This document shows, piece by piece, positions 41,801-57,700 of a DNA stretch of 64,000 bases. Location: assembly GCA_964016885.1 (NCBI GenBank), contig CAXHJY010001198.1, forward strand, positions 1 to 64,000, given 5' to 3'. The notes below the pieces were generated by a model that worked only from the letters and a program-made list of their open reading frames with translations, was not told where the DNA came from and did not search any database. Position 1 is the first letter of the stretch. Each line of letters begins with the position of its first letter. A program made the position numbers and the translations under genes. This DNA is from Eledone cirrhosa. Its lineage: Eukaryota.

Positions 41801-42600
41801 TGTGACACTCTACCAATTACTGTCAATCCACCGCCCTAGACATGTGTGACACTCTACCAATTACTGTCAACCCACCGCCCTAGACATGTGTGACACTCTA
41901 CCAATTACTGTCAACCCACTGCCCTAGACATGTGTGACACTCTACCAATTACTGTCAATCCACCGCCCTAGACATGTGACACTCTACCAATTACTGTCAA
42001 TCCACTGCCCTAGACATGTGTGACACTCTACCAATTACTGTCAACCCACTGCCCTAGACATGTGTGACACTCTACCAATTACTGTCAATCCACTGCCCTA
42101 GACATGTGTGACACTCTACCAATTACTGTCAGTCCACTGCCCTAGACATGTGTGACACTCTACCAATTACTGTCAGTCCACTGCCCTAGACATGTGTGAC
42201 ACTCTACCAATTACTGTCAATCCACTGCCCTAGACATGTGTGACACTCTACCAATTACTGTCAATCCACTGCCCTAGACATGTGTGACACTCTACCAATT
42301 ACTGTCAATCCACTGCCCTAGACATGTGTGACACTCTACCAATTACTGTCAGTCCACTGCCCTAGACATGTGTGACTACCAATTACTGTCAATCCACCTC
42401 CCTAGACATGTGTGACACTCTACCAATTACTGTCAATCCACTGCCCTAGACATGTGTGACACTCTACCAATTACTGTCAATCCACTGCCCTAGACATGTG
42501 TGACACTCTACCAATTACTGTCAATCCACTGCCCTAGACATGTGTGACACTCTACCAATTACTGTCAATCCACTGCCCTAGACATGTGTGACACTCTACC
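35830..42600. repeat. Tandem duplication with a unit of about 3.4 kb (77-78 monomers), two copies
   Basis: tagcc (36263/39641), actcc (36951/40329) and gccg (37003/40381, 37267/40645) are offset +3378. gacg (37757/41179) and gcctcag (37971/41393) are offset +3422, one monomer more. Confidence 0.9.
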
Positions 42601-45600
42601 AATTACTGTCAGTCCACTGCCCTAGACATGTGTGACTACCAATTATTGTCAATCCACCTCCCTAGACATGTGTGACACTCTACCAATTACTGTCAGTCCA
42701 CTGCCCTAGACATGTGTGACTACCAATTACTGTCAATCCACCTCCCTAGACATGTGTGACACTCTACCAATTACTGTCAATCCACTGCCCTAGACATGTG
42801 TGACACTCTACCAATTACTGTCAATCCACTGCCCTAGACATGTGTGACACTCTACCAATTACTGTCAATCCACTGCCCTAGACATGTGTGACACTCTACC
42901 AATTACTGTCAGTCCACTGCCCTAGACATGTGTGACACTCTACCAATTACTGTCAGTCCACTGCCCTAGACATGTGTGACACTCTACCAATTACTGTCAA
43001 TCCACTGCCCTAGACATGTGTGACACTCTACCAATTACTGTCAATCCACTGCCCTAGACATGTGTGACACTCTACCAATTACTGTCAATCCACTGCCCTA
43101 GACATGTGTGACACTCTACCAATTACTGTCAGTCCACTGCCCTAGACATGTGTGACACTCTACCAATTACTGTCAATCCACTGCCCTAGACATGTGTGAC
43201 ACTCTACCAATTACTGTCAATCCACTGCCCTAGACATGTGTGACACTCTACCAATTACTGTCAATCCACTGCCCTAGACATGTGTGACACTCTACCAATT
43301 ACTGTCAATCCACTGCCCTAGACATGTGTGACACTCTACCAATTACTGTCAATCCACTGCCCTAGACATGTGTGACACTCTACCAATTACTGTCAGTCCA
43401 CTGCCCTAGACATGTGTGACTACCAATTACTGTCAATCCACCTCCCTAGACATGTGTGACACTCTACCAATTACTGTCAGTCCACTGCCCTAGACATGTG
43501 TGACTACCAATTACTGTCAATCCACCTCCCTAGACATGTGTGACACTCTACCAATTACTGTCAATCCACTGCCCTAGACATGTGTGACACTCTACCAATT
43601 ACTGTCAATCCACTGCCCTAGACATGTGTGACACTCTACCAATTACTGTCAGTCCACTGCCCTAGACATGTGTGACTACCAATTACTGTCAATCCACCTC
43701 CCTAGACATGTGTGACACTCTACCAATTACTGTCAATCCACTGCCCTAGACATGTGTGACACTCTACCAATTACTGTCAATCCACTGCCCTAGACATGTG
43801 ACACTCTACCAATTACTGTCAATCCACTGCCCTAGACATGTGTGACACTCTACCAATTACTGTCAATCCACTGCCCTAGACATGTGTGACACTCTACCAA
43901 TTACTGTCAGTCTACTGCCCTCGACATGTGTGACACTCTACCAATTACTGTCACTCCACCGCCCTAGACATGTGTGACACTCTACCAATTACTGTCAATC
44001 CACTGCCGTAGACATGTGTGACACTCTACCAATTACTGTCAATCCACTGCCCTAGACATGTGTGACACTCTACCAATTACTGTCAATCCACTGCCCTAGA
44101 CATGTGTGACACTCTACCAATTACTGTCAATCCACTGCCCTAGACATGTGTGACACTCTACCAATTACTGTCAATCCACTGCCCTAGACATGTGTGACAC
44201 TCTACCAATTACTGTCAATCCACTGCCCTAGACATGTGTGACACTCTACCAATTACTGTCAGTCCACTGCCCTAGACATGTGACACTCTACCAAGTACTG
44301 TCAATCCACTGCCCTAGACATGTGTGACACTCTACCAATTACTGTCAATCCACTGCCGTAGACATGTGTGACACTCTACCAATTACTGTCAGTCTACTGC
44401 CCTAGACGTGTGTGACACTCTACCAATTACTGTCAATCCACCGCCCTAGACGTGTGTGACACTCTACCAATTACTGTCAATCCACTGCCCTAGACACGTG
44501 TGACACTCTACCAATTACTGTCAGTCTACTGCCCTAGACATGTGTGACACTCTACCAATTACTGTCAGTCCACTGCCCTAGACATGTGTGACACTCTACC
44601 AATTACTGTCAGTCTACTGCCCTAGACATGTGTGACACTCTACCAATTACTGTCAATCCACCGCCCTAGACATGTGTGACACTCTACCAATTACTGTCAA
44701 TCCACTGCCCTAGACATGTGTGACACTCTACCAATTACTGTCAGTCCACTGCCCTAGATATGTGTGACATTCTACCAATTACTGTCAATCCACTGCCTCA
44801 GACATTTGTGACACTCTACCAATTACTGTCAATCCACCGCCCTAGACATGAGTGACACTCTACCAATTACTGTCAATCCACTGCCCTAGACATGTGTGAC
44901 ACTCTACCAATTACTGTCAGTCGACTGCCCTAGACATGTGTGACACTCTACCAATTACTGTCAATCCACTGCCCTAGACATGTGTCACACTCTACCAATT
45001 ACTGTCAATCCACCGCCCTAGACATGTGTGACACTCTACCAATTACTGTCAATCCACCACCCTAGACATGTGTGACACTCTACCAATTACTGTCAATCCA
45101 CTGCCCTAGACATGTGTGACACTCTACCAATTACTGTCAGTCCACTGCCCTAGACATGTGTGACACTCTACCAATTACTGTCAATCCACTGCCCTAGACA
45201 TGTGTGACACTCTACCAATTACTGTCAGTCTACTGCCCTAGACATGTGTGACACTCTACCAATTACTGTCAGTCCACTGCCCTAGACATGTGTGACACTC
45301 TACCAATTACTGTCAATCCACCGCCCTAGACATGTGTGACACTCTACCAATTACTGTCAATCCACTGCCCTAGACATGTGTGACACTCTACCAATTACTG
45401 TCAGTCCACTGCCCTAGACATGTGTGACTACCAATTACTGTCAATCCACCGCCCTAGACATGTGTGACACTCTACCAATTACTGTGAGTCCACTGCCCTA
45501 GACATGTGTGACACTCTACCAATTACTGTCAGTCCACTGCCCTAGATATGTGTGACACTCTACCAATTACTGTCAATCCACTGCCCTAGACATGTGTGAC

Positions 45601-48600
45601 GCTCTACCAATTACTGTCAGTCCACTGCCCTAGATATGTGTGACACTCTACCAATTACTGTCAATCCACTGCCCTAGACATGTGTGACACTCTACCAATT
45701 ATTGTCAATCCCCCGCCCTAGACATGTGTGACACTCTACCAATTACTGTCAACCCACCGCCCTAGACATGTGTGACACTCTACCAATTACTGTCAACCCA
45801 CTGCCCTAGACATGTGTGACACTCTACCAATTACTGTCAATCCACCGCCCTAGACATGTGACACTCTACCAATTACTGTCAATCCACTGCCCTAGACATG
45901 TGTGACACTCTACCAATTACTGTCAACCCACTGCCCTAGACACGTGTGACACTCTACCAATTACTGTCAGTCCACTGCCCTAGACATGTGTGACACTCTA
46001 CCAATTACTGTCAGTCCACCGCCCTAGACATGTGTGACACTCTACCAATTACTGTCAGTCCACTGCCCTAGACATGTGTGACACTCTACCAATTACTGTC
46101 AATCCACTGCCCTAGACATGTGTGACACTCTACCAATTACTGTCAGTCCACTGCCCTAGACATGTGTGACACTCTACCAATTACTGTCAGTCCACTGCCC
46201 TAGACATGTGTGACACTCTACCAATTACTGTCAATCCACTGCCCTAGACATGTGTGACACTCTACCAATTACTGTCAATCCACTGCCCTAGACATGTGTG
46301 ACACTCTACCAATTACTGTCAGTCCACTGCCCTAGACATGTGTGACACTCTACCAATTACTGTCAGTCCACCGCCCTAGACATGTGTGACACTCTACCAA
46401 TTACTGTCAATCCACCGCCCTAGACATGTGTGACACTCTACCAATTACTGTCAATCCACTGCCCTAGACATGTGTGACACTCTACCAATTACTGTCAGTC
46501 CACTGCCCTAGCCATGTGTGACTACCAATTACTGTCAATCCACCTCCCTAGACATGTGTGACACTCTACCAATTACTGTCAATCCACTGCCCTAGACATG
46601 TGTGACACTCTACCAATTACTGTCAATCCACTGCCCTAGACATGTGACACTCTACCAATTACTGTCAATCCACTGCCCTAGACATGTGTGACACTCTACC
46701 AATTACTGTCAGTCTACTGCCCTAGACATGTGTGACACTCTACCAATTACTGTCACTCCACCGCCCTAGACATGTGTGACACTCTACCAATTACTGTCAA
46801 TCCACTGCCGTAGACATGTGTGACACTCTACCAATTACTGTCAATCCACTGCCCTAGACATGTGTGACACTCTACCAATTACTGTCAGTCCACTGCCCTA
46901 GACATGTGTGACACTCTACCAATTACTGTCAATCCACTGCCCTAGACATGTGTGACACTCTACCAATTACTGTCAATCCACCGCCCTAGACATGTGTGAC
47001 ACTCTACCAATTACTGTCAATCCACCACCCTAGACATGTGTGACACTCTACCAATTACTGTCAATCCACTGCCCTAGACATGTGTGACACTCTACCAATT
47101 ACTGTCAGTCCACTGCCCTAGACATGTGTGACACTCTACCAATTACTGTCAATCCACTGCCCTAGACATGTGTGACACTCTACCAATTACTGTCAGTCTA
47201 CTGCCCTAGACATGTGTGACACTCTACCAATTACTGTCAGTCCACTGCCCTAGACATGTGTGACACTCTACCAATTACTGTCAATCCACCGCCCTAGACA
47301 TGTGTGACACTCTACCAATTACTGTCAATCCACTGCCCTAGACATGTGTGACACTCTACCAATTACTGTCAATCCACTGCCCTAGACATGTGTGACACTC
47401 TACCAATTACTGTCAATCCACTGCCCTAGACATGTGTGACACTCTACCAATTACTGTCAATCCACCGCCCTAGACATGTGTGACACTCTACCAATTACTG
47501 TCAATCCACTGCCCTAGACATGTGTGACGCTCTACCAATTACTGTCAGTCCACTGCCCTAGATATGTGTGACACTCTACCAATTACTGTCAATCCACTGC
47601 CCTAGACATGTGTGACACTCTACCAATTACTGTCAATCCACCGCCCTAGACATGTGTGACACTCTACCAATTACTGTCAACCCACCGCCCTAGACATGTG
47701 TGACACTCTACCAATTACTGTCAACCCACTGCCCTAGACATGTGTGACACTCTACCAATTACTGTCAATCCACCGCCCTAGACATGTGACACTCTACCAA
47801 TTACTGTCAATCCACTGCCCTAGACATGTGTGACACTCTACCAATTACTGTCAACCCACTGCCCTAGACACGTGTGACACTCTACCAATTACTGTCAGTC
47901 CACTGCCCTAGACATGTGTGACACTCTACCAATTACTCTTAGTCCACCGCCCTAGACATGTGTGACACTCTACCAATTACTGTCAGTCCACTGCCCTAGA
48001 CATGTGTGACACTCTACCAATTACTGTCAATCCACTGCCCTAGACATGTGTGACACTCTACCAATTACTGTCAGTCCACTGCCCTAGACATGTGTGACAC
48101 TCTACCAATTACTGTCAGTCCACTGCCCTAGACATGTGTGACACTCTACCAATTACTGTCAATCCACTGCCCTAGACATGTGTGACACTCTACCAATTAC
48201 TGTCAATCCACTGCCCTAGACATGTGTGACACTCTACCAATTACTGTCAGTCCACTGCCCTAGACATGTGTGACACTCTACCAATTACTGTCAGTCCACC
48301 GCCCTAGACATGTGTGACACTCTACCAATTACTGTCAATCCACCGCCCTAGACATGTGTGACACTCTACCAATTACTGTCAATCCACTGCCCTAGACATG
48401 TGTGACACTCTACCAATTACTGTCAGTCCACTGCCCTAGCCATGTGTGACTACCAATTACTGTCAATCCACCTCCCTAGACATGTGTGACACTCTACCAA
48501 TTACTGTCAATCCACTGCCCTAGACATGTGTGACACTCTACCAATTACTGTCAATCCACTGCCCTAGACATGTGACACTCTACCAATTACTGTCAATCCA

Positions 48601-51600
48601 CTGCCCTAGACATGTGTGACACTCTACCAATTACTGTCAGTCTACTGCCCTAGACATGTGTGACACTCTACCAATTACTGTCACTCCACCGCCCTAGACA
48701 TGTGTGACACTCTACCAATTACTGTCAATCCACTGCCGTAGACATGTGTGACACTCTACCAATTACTGTCAATCCACTGCCCTAGACATGTGTGACACTC
48801 TACCAATTACTGTCAAACCACTGCCCTAGACATGTGTGACACTCTACCAATTACTGTCAATCCACTGCCCTAGACATGTGTGACACTCTACCAATTACTG
48901 TCAATCCACTGCCCTAGACATGTGTGACACTCTACCAATTACTGTCAGTCCACTGCCCTAGACATGTGTGACACTCTACCAAGTACTGTCAATCCACTGC
49001 CCTAGACATGTGTGACACTCTACCAATTACTGTCAATCCACTGCCCTAGACATGTGTGACACTCTACCAATTACTGTCAGTCTACTGCCCTAGACGTGTG
49101 TGACACTCTACCAATTACTGTCAATCCACCGCCCTAGACATGTGTGACACTCTACCAATTACTGTCAATCCACTGCCCTAGACATGTGTGACACTCTACC
49201 AATTACTGTCAGTCTACTGCCCTAGACATGTGTGACACTCTACCAATTACTGTCAATCCACTGCCCTAGACATGTGTGACACTCTACCAATTACTGTCAG
49301 TCCACTGCCCTAGATATGTGTGACATTCTACCAATTACTGTCAATCCACTGCCTCAGACATTTGTGACACTCTACCAATTACTGTCAGTCCACTGCCCTA
49401 GATATGTGTGACACTCTACCAATTACTGTCAATCCACTGCCCTAGACATGTGTGACACTCTACCAATTACTGTCAATCCACCGCCCTAGACATGTGTGAC
49501 ACTCTACCAATTACTGTCAATCCACTGCCCTAGACATGTGTGACACTCTACCAATTACTGTCAACCCACCGCCCTAGACATGTGTGACACTCTACCAATT
49601 ACTGTCAACCCACTGCCCTAGACATGTGTGACACTCTACCAATTACTGTCAATCCACCGCCCTAGACATGTGTGACACTCTACCAATTACTGTCAATCCA
49701 CCGCCCTAGACATGTGTGACACTCTACCAATTACTGTCAACCCACTGCCCTAGACATGTGTGACACTCTACCAATTACTGTCAATCCACCGCCCTAGACA
49801 TGTGTGACACTCTACCAATTACTGTCAACACACCGCCCTAGACATGTGTGACACTCTACCAATTACTGTCAACCCACTGCCCTAGACATGTGTGACACTC
49901 TACCAATTACTGTCAATCCACCGCCCTAGACATGTGACACTCTACCAATTACTGTCAATCCACTGCCCTAGACATGTGTGACACTCTACCAATTACTGTC
50001 AACCCACTGCCCTAGACATGTGTGACACTCTACCAATTACTGTCAATCCACTGCCCTAGACATGTGTGACACTCTACCAATTACTGTCAGTCCACTGCCC
50101 TAGACATGTGTGACACTCTACCAATTACTGTCACTCCACCGCCCTAGACATGTGTGACACTCTACCAATTACTGTCAATCCACTGCCCTAGACATGTGTG
50201 ACACTCTACCAATTACTGTCAATCCACTGCCCTAGACATGTGTGACACTCTACCAATTACTGTCAATCCACTGCCCTAGACATGTGTGACACTCTACCAA
50301 TTACTGTCAGTCCACTGCCCTAGCCATGTGTGACACTCTACCAATTACTGTCAATCCACTGCCCTAGACATGTGACACTCTACCAATTACTGTCAATCCA
50401 CTGCCCTAGACATGTGTGACACTCTACCAATTACTGTCAGTCTACTGCCCTCGACATGTGTGACACTCTACCAATTACTGTCAGTCCACTGCCCTAGACA
50501 TGTGTGACACTCTACCAATTACTGTCAATCCACTGCCCTAGACATGTGTGACACTCTACCAATTACTGTCACTCCACCGCCCTAGACATGTGTGACACTC
50601 TACCAATTACTGTCAATCCACTGCCGTAGACATGTGTGACACTCTACCAATTACTGTCAATCCACTGCCCTAGACATGTGTGACACTCTACCAATTACTG
50701 TCAATCCACTGCCCTAGACATGTGTGACACTCTACCAATTACTGTCAATCCACTGCCCTAGACATGTGTGACACTCTACCAATTACTGTCAATCCACTGC
50801 CCTAGACATGTGTGACACTCTACCAATTACTGTCAATCCACTGCCCTAGACATGTGTGACACTCTACCAATTACTGTCAGTCCACTGCCCTAGACATGTG
50901 TGACACTCTACCAAGTACTGTCAATCCACTGCCCTAGACATGTGTGACACTCTACCAATTACTGTCAATCCACTGCCGTAGACATGTGTGACACTCTACC
51001 AATTACTGTCAGTCTACTGCCCTAGACGTGTGTGACACTCTACCAATTACTGTCAATCCACCGCCCTAGACATGTGTGACACTCTACCAATTACTGTCAA
51101 TCCACTGCCCTAGACACGTGTGACACTCTACCAATTACTGTCAGTCTACTGCCCTAGACATGTGTGACACTCTACCAATTACTGTCAGTCCACTGCCCTA
51201 GACATGTGTGACACTCTACCAATTACTGTCAGTCTACTGCCCTAGACATGTGTGACACTCTACCAATTACTGTCAATCCACCGCCCTAGACATGTGTGAC
51301 ACTCTACCAATTACTGTCAATCCACTGCCCTAGATATGTGTGACATTCTACCAATTACTGTCAATCCACTGCCTCAGACATTTGTGACACTCTACCAATT
51401 ACTGTCAATCCACCGCCCTAGACATGTGTGACACTCTACCAATTACTGTCAATCCACTGCCCTAGACATGTGTGACACTCTACCAATTACTGTCAGTCCA
51501 CTGCCCTAGACATGTGTGACACTCTACCAATTACTGTCAATCCACTGCCCTAGACATGTGTGACACTCTACCAATTACTGTCAATCCACCGCCCTAGACA

Positions 51601-54600
51601 TGTGTGACACTCTACCAATTACTGTCAATCCACCACCCTAGACATGTGTGACACTCTACCAATTACTGTCAATCCACTGCCCTAGACATGTGTGACACTC
51701 TACCAATTACTGTCAGTCCACTGCCCTAGACATGTGTGACACTCTACCAATTACTGTCAATCCACTGCCCTAGACATGTGTGACACTCTACCAATTACTG
51801 TCAGTCTACTGCCCTAGACATGTGTGACACTACCAATTACTGTCAGTCCACTGCCCTAGACATGTGACACTCTACCAATTACTGTCAATCCACTGCCCTA
51901 GACATGTGTGACACTCTACCAATTACTGTCAGTCCACAGCCCTAGACATGTGTGACACTCTACCAATTACTGTCAGTCCACTGCCCTAGACATGTGTGAC
52001 ACTCTACCAATTACTGTCAACCCACTGCCCTAGACATGTGTGACACTCTACCAATTACTGTCAATCCACTGCCCTAGACATGTGTGACACTCTACCAATT
52101 ACTGTCAGTCCACCGCCCTAGACATGTGTGACACTCTACCAATTACTGTCAACCCACTGCCCTAGACATGTGTGACACTCTACCAATTACTGTCAATCCA
52201 CCGCCCTAGACATGTGACACTCTACCAATTACTGTCAATCCACTGCCCTAGACATGTGTGACACTCTACCAATTACTGTCAATCCACTGCCCTAGACATG
52301 TGACACTCTACCAATTACTGTCAATCCACTGCCCTAGACATGTGTGACACTCTACCAATTACTGTCAGTCTACTGCCCTAGACATGTGTGACACTCTACC
52401 AATTACTGTCACTCCACCGCCCTAGACATGTGTGACACTCTACCAATTACTGTCAATCCACTGCCCTAGACATGTGTGACACTCTACCAATTACTGTCAA
52501 TCCACTGCCGTAGACATGTGTGACACTCTACCAATTACTGTCAATCCACTGCCCTAGACATGTGTGACACTCTACCAATTACTGTCAATCCACTGCCGTA
52601 GACATGTGTGACACTCTACCAATTACTGTCAATCCACTGCCCTAGACATGTGTGACACTCTACCAATTACTGTCAGTCCACTGCCCTAGACATGTGTGAC
52701 ACTCTACCAATTACTGTCAATCCACTGCCCTAGACATGTGTGACACTCTACCAATTACTGTCAATCCACCGCCCTAGACATGTGTGACACTCTACCAATT
52801 ACTGTCAATCCACCACCCTAGACATGTGTGACACTCTACCAATTACTGTCAATCCACTGCCCTAGACATGTGTGACACTCTACCAATTACTGTCAGTCCA
52901 CTGCCCTAGACATGTGTGACACTCTACCAATTACTGTCAATCCACTGCCCTAGACATGTGTGACACTCTACCAATTACTGTCAGTCTACTGCCCTAGACA
53001 TGTGTGACACTCTACCAATTACTGTCAGTCCACTGCCCTAGACATGTGTGACACTCTACCAATTACTGTCAATCCACCGCCCTAGACATGTGTGACACTC
53101 TACCAATTACTGTCAATCCACTGCCCTAGACATGTGTGACACTCTACCAATTACTGTCAATCCACTGCCCTAGACATGTGTGACACTCTACCAATTACTG
53201 TCAATCCACTGCCCTAGACATGTGTGACACTCTACCAATTACTGTCAATCCACCGCCCTAGACATGTGTGACACTCTACCAATTACTGTCAATCCACTGC
53301 CCTAGACATGTGTGACGCTCTACCAATTACTGTCAGTCCACTGCCCTAGATATGTGTGACACTCTACCAATTACTGTCAATCCACTGCCCTAGACATGTG
53401 TGACACTCTACCAATTACTGTCAATCCACCGCCCTAGACATGTGTGACACTCTACCAATTACTGTCAACCCACCGCCCTAGACATGTGTGACACTCTACC
53501 AATTACTGTCAACCCACTGCCCTAGACATGTGTGACACTCTACCAATTACTGTCAATCCACCGCCCTAGACATGTGACACTCTACCAATTACTGTCAATC
53601 CACTGCCCTAGACATGTGTGACACTCTACCAATTACTGTCAACCCACTGCCCTAGACACGTGTGACACTCTACCAATTACTGTCAGTCCACTGCCCTAGA
53701 CATGTGTGACACTCTACCAATTACTCTTAGTCCACCGCCCTAGACATGTGTGACACTCTACCAATTACTGTCAGTCCACTGCCCTAGACATGTGTGACAC
53801 TCTACCAATTACTGTCAATCCACTGCCCTAGACATGTGTGACACTCTACCAATTACTGTCAGTCCACTGCCCTAGACATGTGTGACACTCTACCAATTAC
53901 TGTCAGTCCACTGCCCTAGACATGTGTGACACTCTACCAATTACTGTCAATCCACTGCCCTAGACATGTGTGACACTCTACCAATTACTGTCAATCCACT
54001 GCCCTAGACATGTGTGACACTCTACCAATTACTGTCAGTCCACTGCCCTAGACATGTGTGACACTCTACCAATTACTGTCAGTCCACTGCCCTAGACATG
54101 TGTGACACTCTACCAATTACTGTCAATCCACCGCCCTAGACATGTGTGACACTCTACCAATTACTGTCAATCCACTGCCCTAGACATGTGTGACACTCTA
54201 CCAATTACTGTCAATCCACTGCCCTAGACATGTGACACTCTACCAATTACTGTCAATCCACTGCCCTAGACATGTGTGACACTCTACCAATTACTGTCAG
54301 TCTACTGCCCTAGACATGTGTGACACTCTACCAATTACTGTCACTCCACCGCCCTAGACATGTGTGACACTCTACCAATTACTGTCAATCCACTGCCGTA
54401 GACATGTGTGACACTCTACCAATTACTGTCAATCCACTGCCCTAGACATGTGTGACACTCTACCAATTACTGTCAATCCACTGCCCTAGACATGTGTGAC
54501 ACTCTACCAATTACTGTCAATCCACTGCCCTAGACATGTGTGACACTCTACCAATTACTGTCAATCCACTGCCCTAGACATGTGTGACACTCTACCAATT

Positions 54601-56799
54601 ACTGTCAGTCCACTGCCCTAGACATGTGTGACACTCTACCAAGTACTGTCAATCCACTGCCCTAGACATGTGTGACACTCTACCAATTACTGTCAATCCA
54701 CTGCCCTAGACATGTGTGACACTCTACCAATTACTGTCAGTCTACTGCCCTAGACGTGTGTGACACTCTACCAATTACTGTCAATCCACCGCCCTAGACA
54801 TGTGTGACACTCTACCAATTACTGTCAATCCACTGCCCTAGACATGTGTGACACTCTACCAATTACTGTCAATCCACTGCCCTAGACATGTGTGACACTC
54901 TACCAATTACTGTCAGTCTACTGCCCTAGACATGTGTGAGACTCTACCAATTACTGTCACTCCACCGCCCTAGACATGTGTGACACTCTACCAATTACTG
55001 TCAATCCACTGCCGTAGACATGTGTGACACTCTACCAATTACTGTCAATCCACTGCCCTAGACATGTGTGACACTCTACCAATTACTGTCAATCCACTGC
55101 CCTAGACATGTGTGACACTCTACCAATTACTGTCAATCCACTGCCCTAGACATGTGTGACACTCTACCAATTACTGTCAATCCACTGCCCTAGACATGTG
55201 TGACACTCTACCAATTACTGTCAGTCCACTGCCCTAGACATGTGTGACACTCTACCAAGTACTGTCAATCCACTGCCCTAGACATGTGTGACACTCTACC
55301 AATTACTGTCAATCCACTGCCCTAGACATGTGTGACACTCTACCAATTACTGTCAATCCACTGCCCTAGACATGTCTGACACTCTACCAATTACTGTCAA
55401 CCCACTGCCCTAGACATGTGTGACACTCTACCAATTACTGTCAATCCACTGCCCTAGACATGTGTGACACTCTACCAATTACTGTCAATCCACTGCCCTA
55501 GACATGTCTGACACTCTACCAATTACTGTCAACCCACTGCCCTAGACATGTGTGACACTCTACCAATTACTGTCAATCCACCGCCCTAGACATGTGTGAC
55601 ACTCTACCAATTACTGTCAATCCACTGCCCTAGACATGTGTGACACTCTACCAATTACTGTCAGTCTACTGCCCTAGACATGTGTGACACTCTACCAATT
55701 ACTGTCAATCCACTGCCCTAGACATGTGTGACACTCTACCAATTACTGTCAGTCCACTGCCCTAGATATGTGTGACATTCTACCAATTACTGTCAATCCA
55801 CTGCCTCAGACATTTGTGACACTCTACCAATTACTGTCAGTCCACTGCCCTAGATATGTGTGACACTCTACCAATTACTGTCAATCCACTGCCCTAGACA
55901 TGTGACACTCTACCAATTACTGTCAATCCACCGCCCTAGACATGTGTGACACTCTACCAATTACTGTCAATCCACTGCCCTAGACATGTGTGACACTCTA
56001 CCAATTACTGTCAACCCTCCGCCCTAGACATGTGTGACACTCTACCAATTACTGTCAACCCACTGCCCTAGACATGTGTGACACTCTACCAATTACTGTC
56101 AATCCACCGCCCTAGACATGTGTGACACTCTACCAATTACTGTCAATCCACCGCCCTAGACATGTGTGACACTCTACCAATTACTGTCAACCCACTGCCC
56201 TAGACATGTGTGACACTCTACCAATTACTGTCAATCCACCGCCCTAGACATGTGTGACACTCTACCAATTACTGTCAACCCACCGCCCTAGACATGTGTG
56301 ACACTCTACCAATTACTGTCAACCCACTGCCCTAGACATGTGTGACACTCTACCAATTACTGTCAATCCACCGCCCTAGACATGTGACACTCTACCAATT
56401 ACTGTCAATCCACTGCCCTAGACATGTGTGACACTCTACCAATTACTGTCAACCCACTGCCCTAGACATGTGTGACACTCTACCAATTACTGTCAATCCA
56501 CTGCCCTAGACATGTGTGACACTCTACCAATTACTGTCAGTCCACTGCCCTAGACATGTGTGACACTCTACCAATTACTGTCAGTCCACTGCCCTAGACA
56601 TGTGTGACACTCTACCAATTACTGTCAATCCACTGCCCTAGACATGTGTGACACTCTACCAATTACTGTCAATCCACTGCCCTAGACATGTGTGACACTC
56701 TACCAATTACTGTCAATCCACTGCCCTAGACATGTGTGACACTCTACCAATTACTGTCAATCCACTGCCCTAGACATGTGTGACACTCTACCAATTACT

Positions 56800-57700
56800 G
56801 TCAATCCACTGCCCTAGACATGTGTGACACTCTACCAATTACTGTCAATCCACTGCCCTAGACATGTGTGACACTCTACCAATTACTGTCAATCCACTGC
56901 CCTAGACATGTGTGACACTCTACCAATTACTGTCAATCCACTGCCCTAGACATGTGTGACACTCTACCAATTACTGTCAGTCCACTGCCCTAGACATGTG
57001 TGACACTCTACCAATTACTATCAATCCACTGCCCTAGACATGTGTGACTACCAATTACTGTCAATCCACTGCCCTAGACATGTGTGACACTCTACCAATT
57101 ACTGTCAGTCCACTGCCCTAGACATGTGTGACACTCTACCAATTACTGTCAATCCACTGCCCTAGACATGTGTGACGCTCTACCAATTACTGTCAGTCCA
57201 CTGCCCTAGATATGTGTGACACTCTACCAATTACTGTCAATCCACTGCCCTAGACATGTGTGACACTCTACCAATTACTGTCAATCCACTGCCCTAGACA
57301 TGTGTGACACTCTACCAATTACTGTCAATCCACTGCCCTAGACATGTGTGACACTCTACCAATTACTGTCAGTCCACTGCCCTAGACATGTGTGACACTC
57401 TACCAATTACTATCAATCCACTGCCCTAGACATGTGTGACTACCAATTACTGTCAATCCACTGCCCTAGACATGTGTGACACTCTACCAATTACTGTCAG
57501 TCCACTGCCCTAGACATGTGTGACACTCTACCAATTACTGTCAATCCACTGCCCTAGACATGTGTGACGCTCTACCAATTACTGTCAGTCCACTTCCCTA
57601 GATATGTGTGACACTCTACCAATTACTGTCAATCCACTGCCCTAGACATGTGTGACACTCTACCAATTACTGTCAATCCACTGCCCTAGACATGTGTGAC
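56800..57700. repeat. 392-bp (9-monomer) tandem duplication
   Basis: The actatc 40-mer occurs at 57017/57409, each followed by the gacgctc and gatatg monomers. 392 = 9x44 - 4. Confidence 0.8.
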
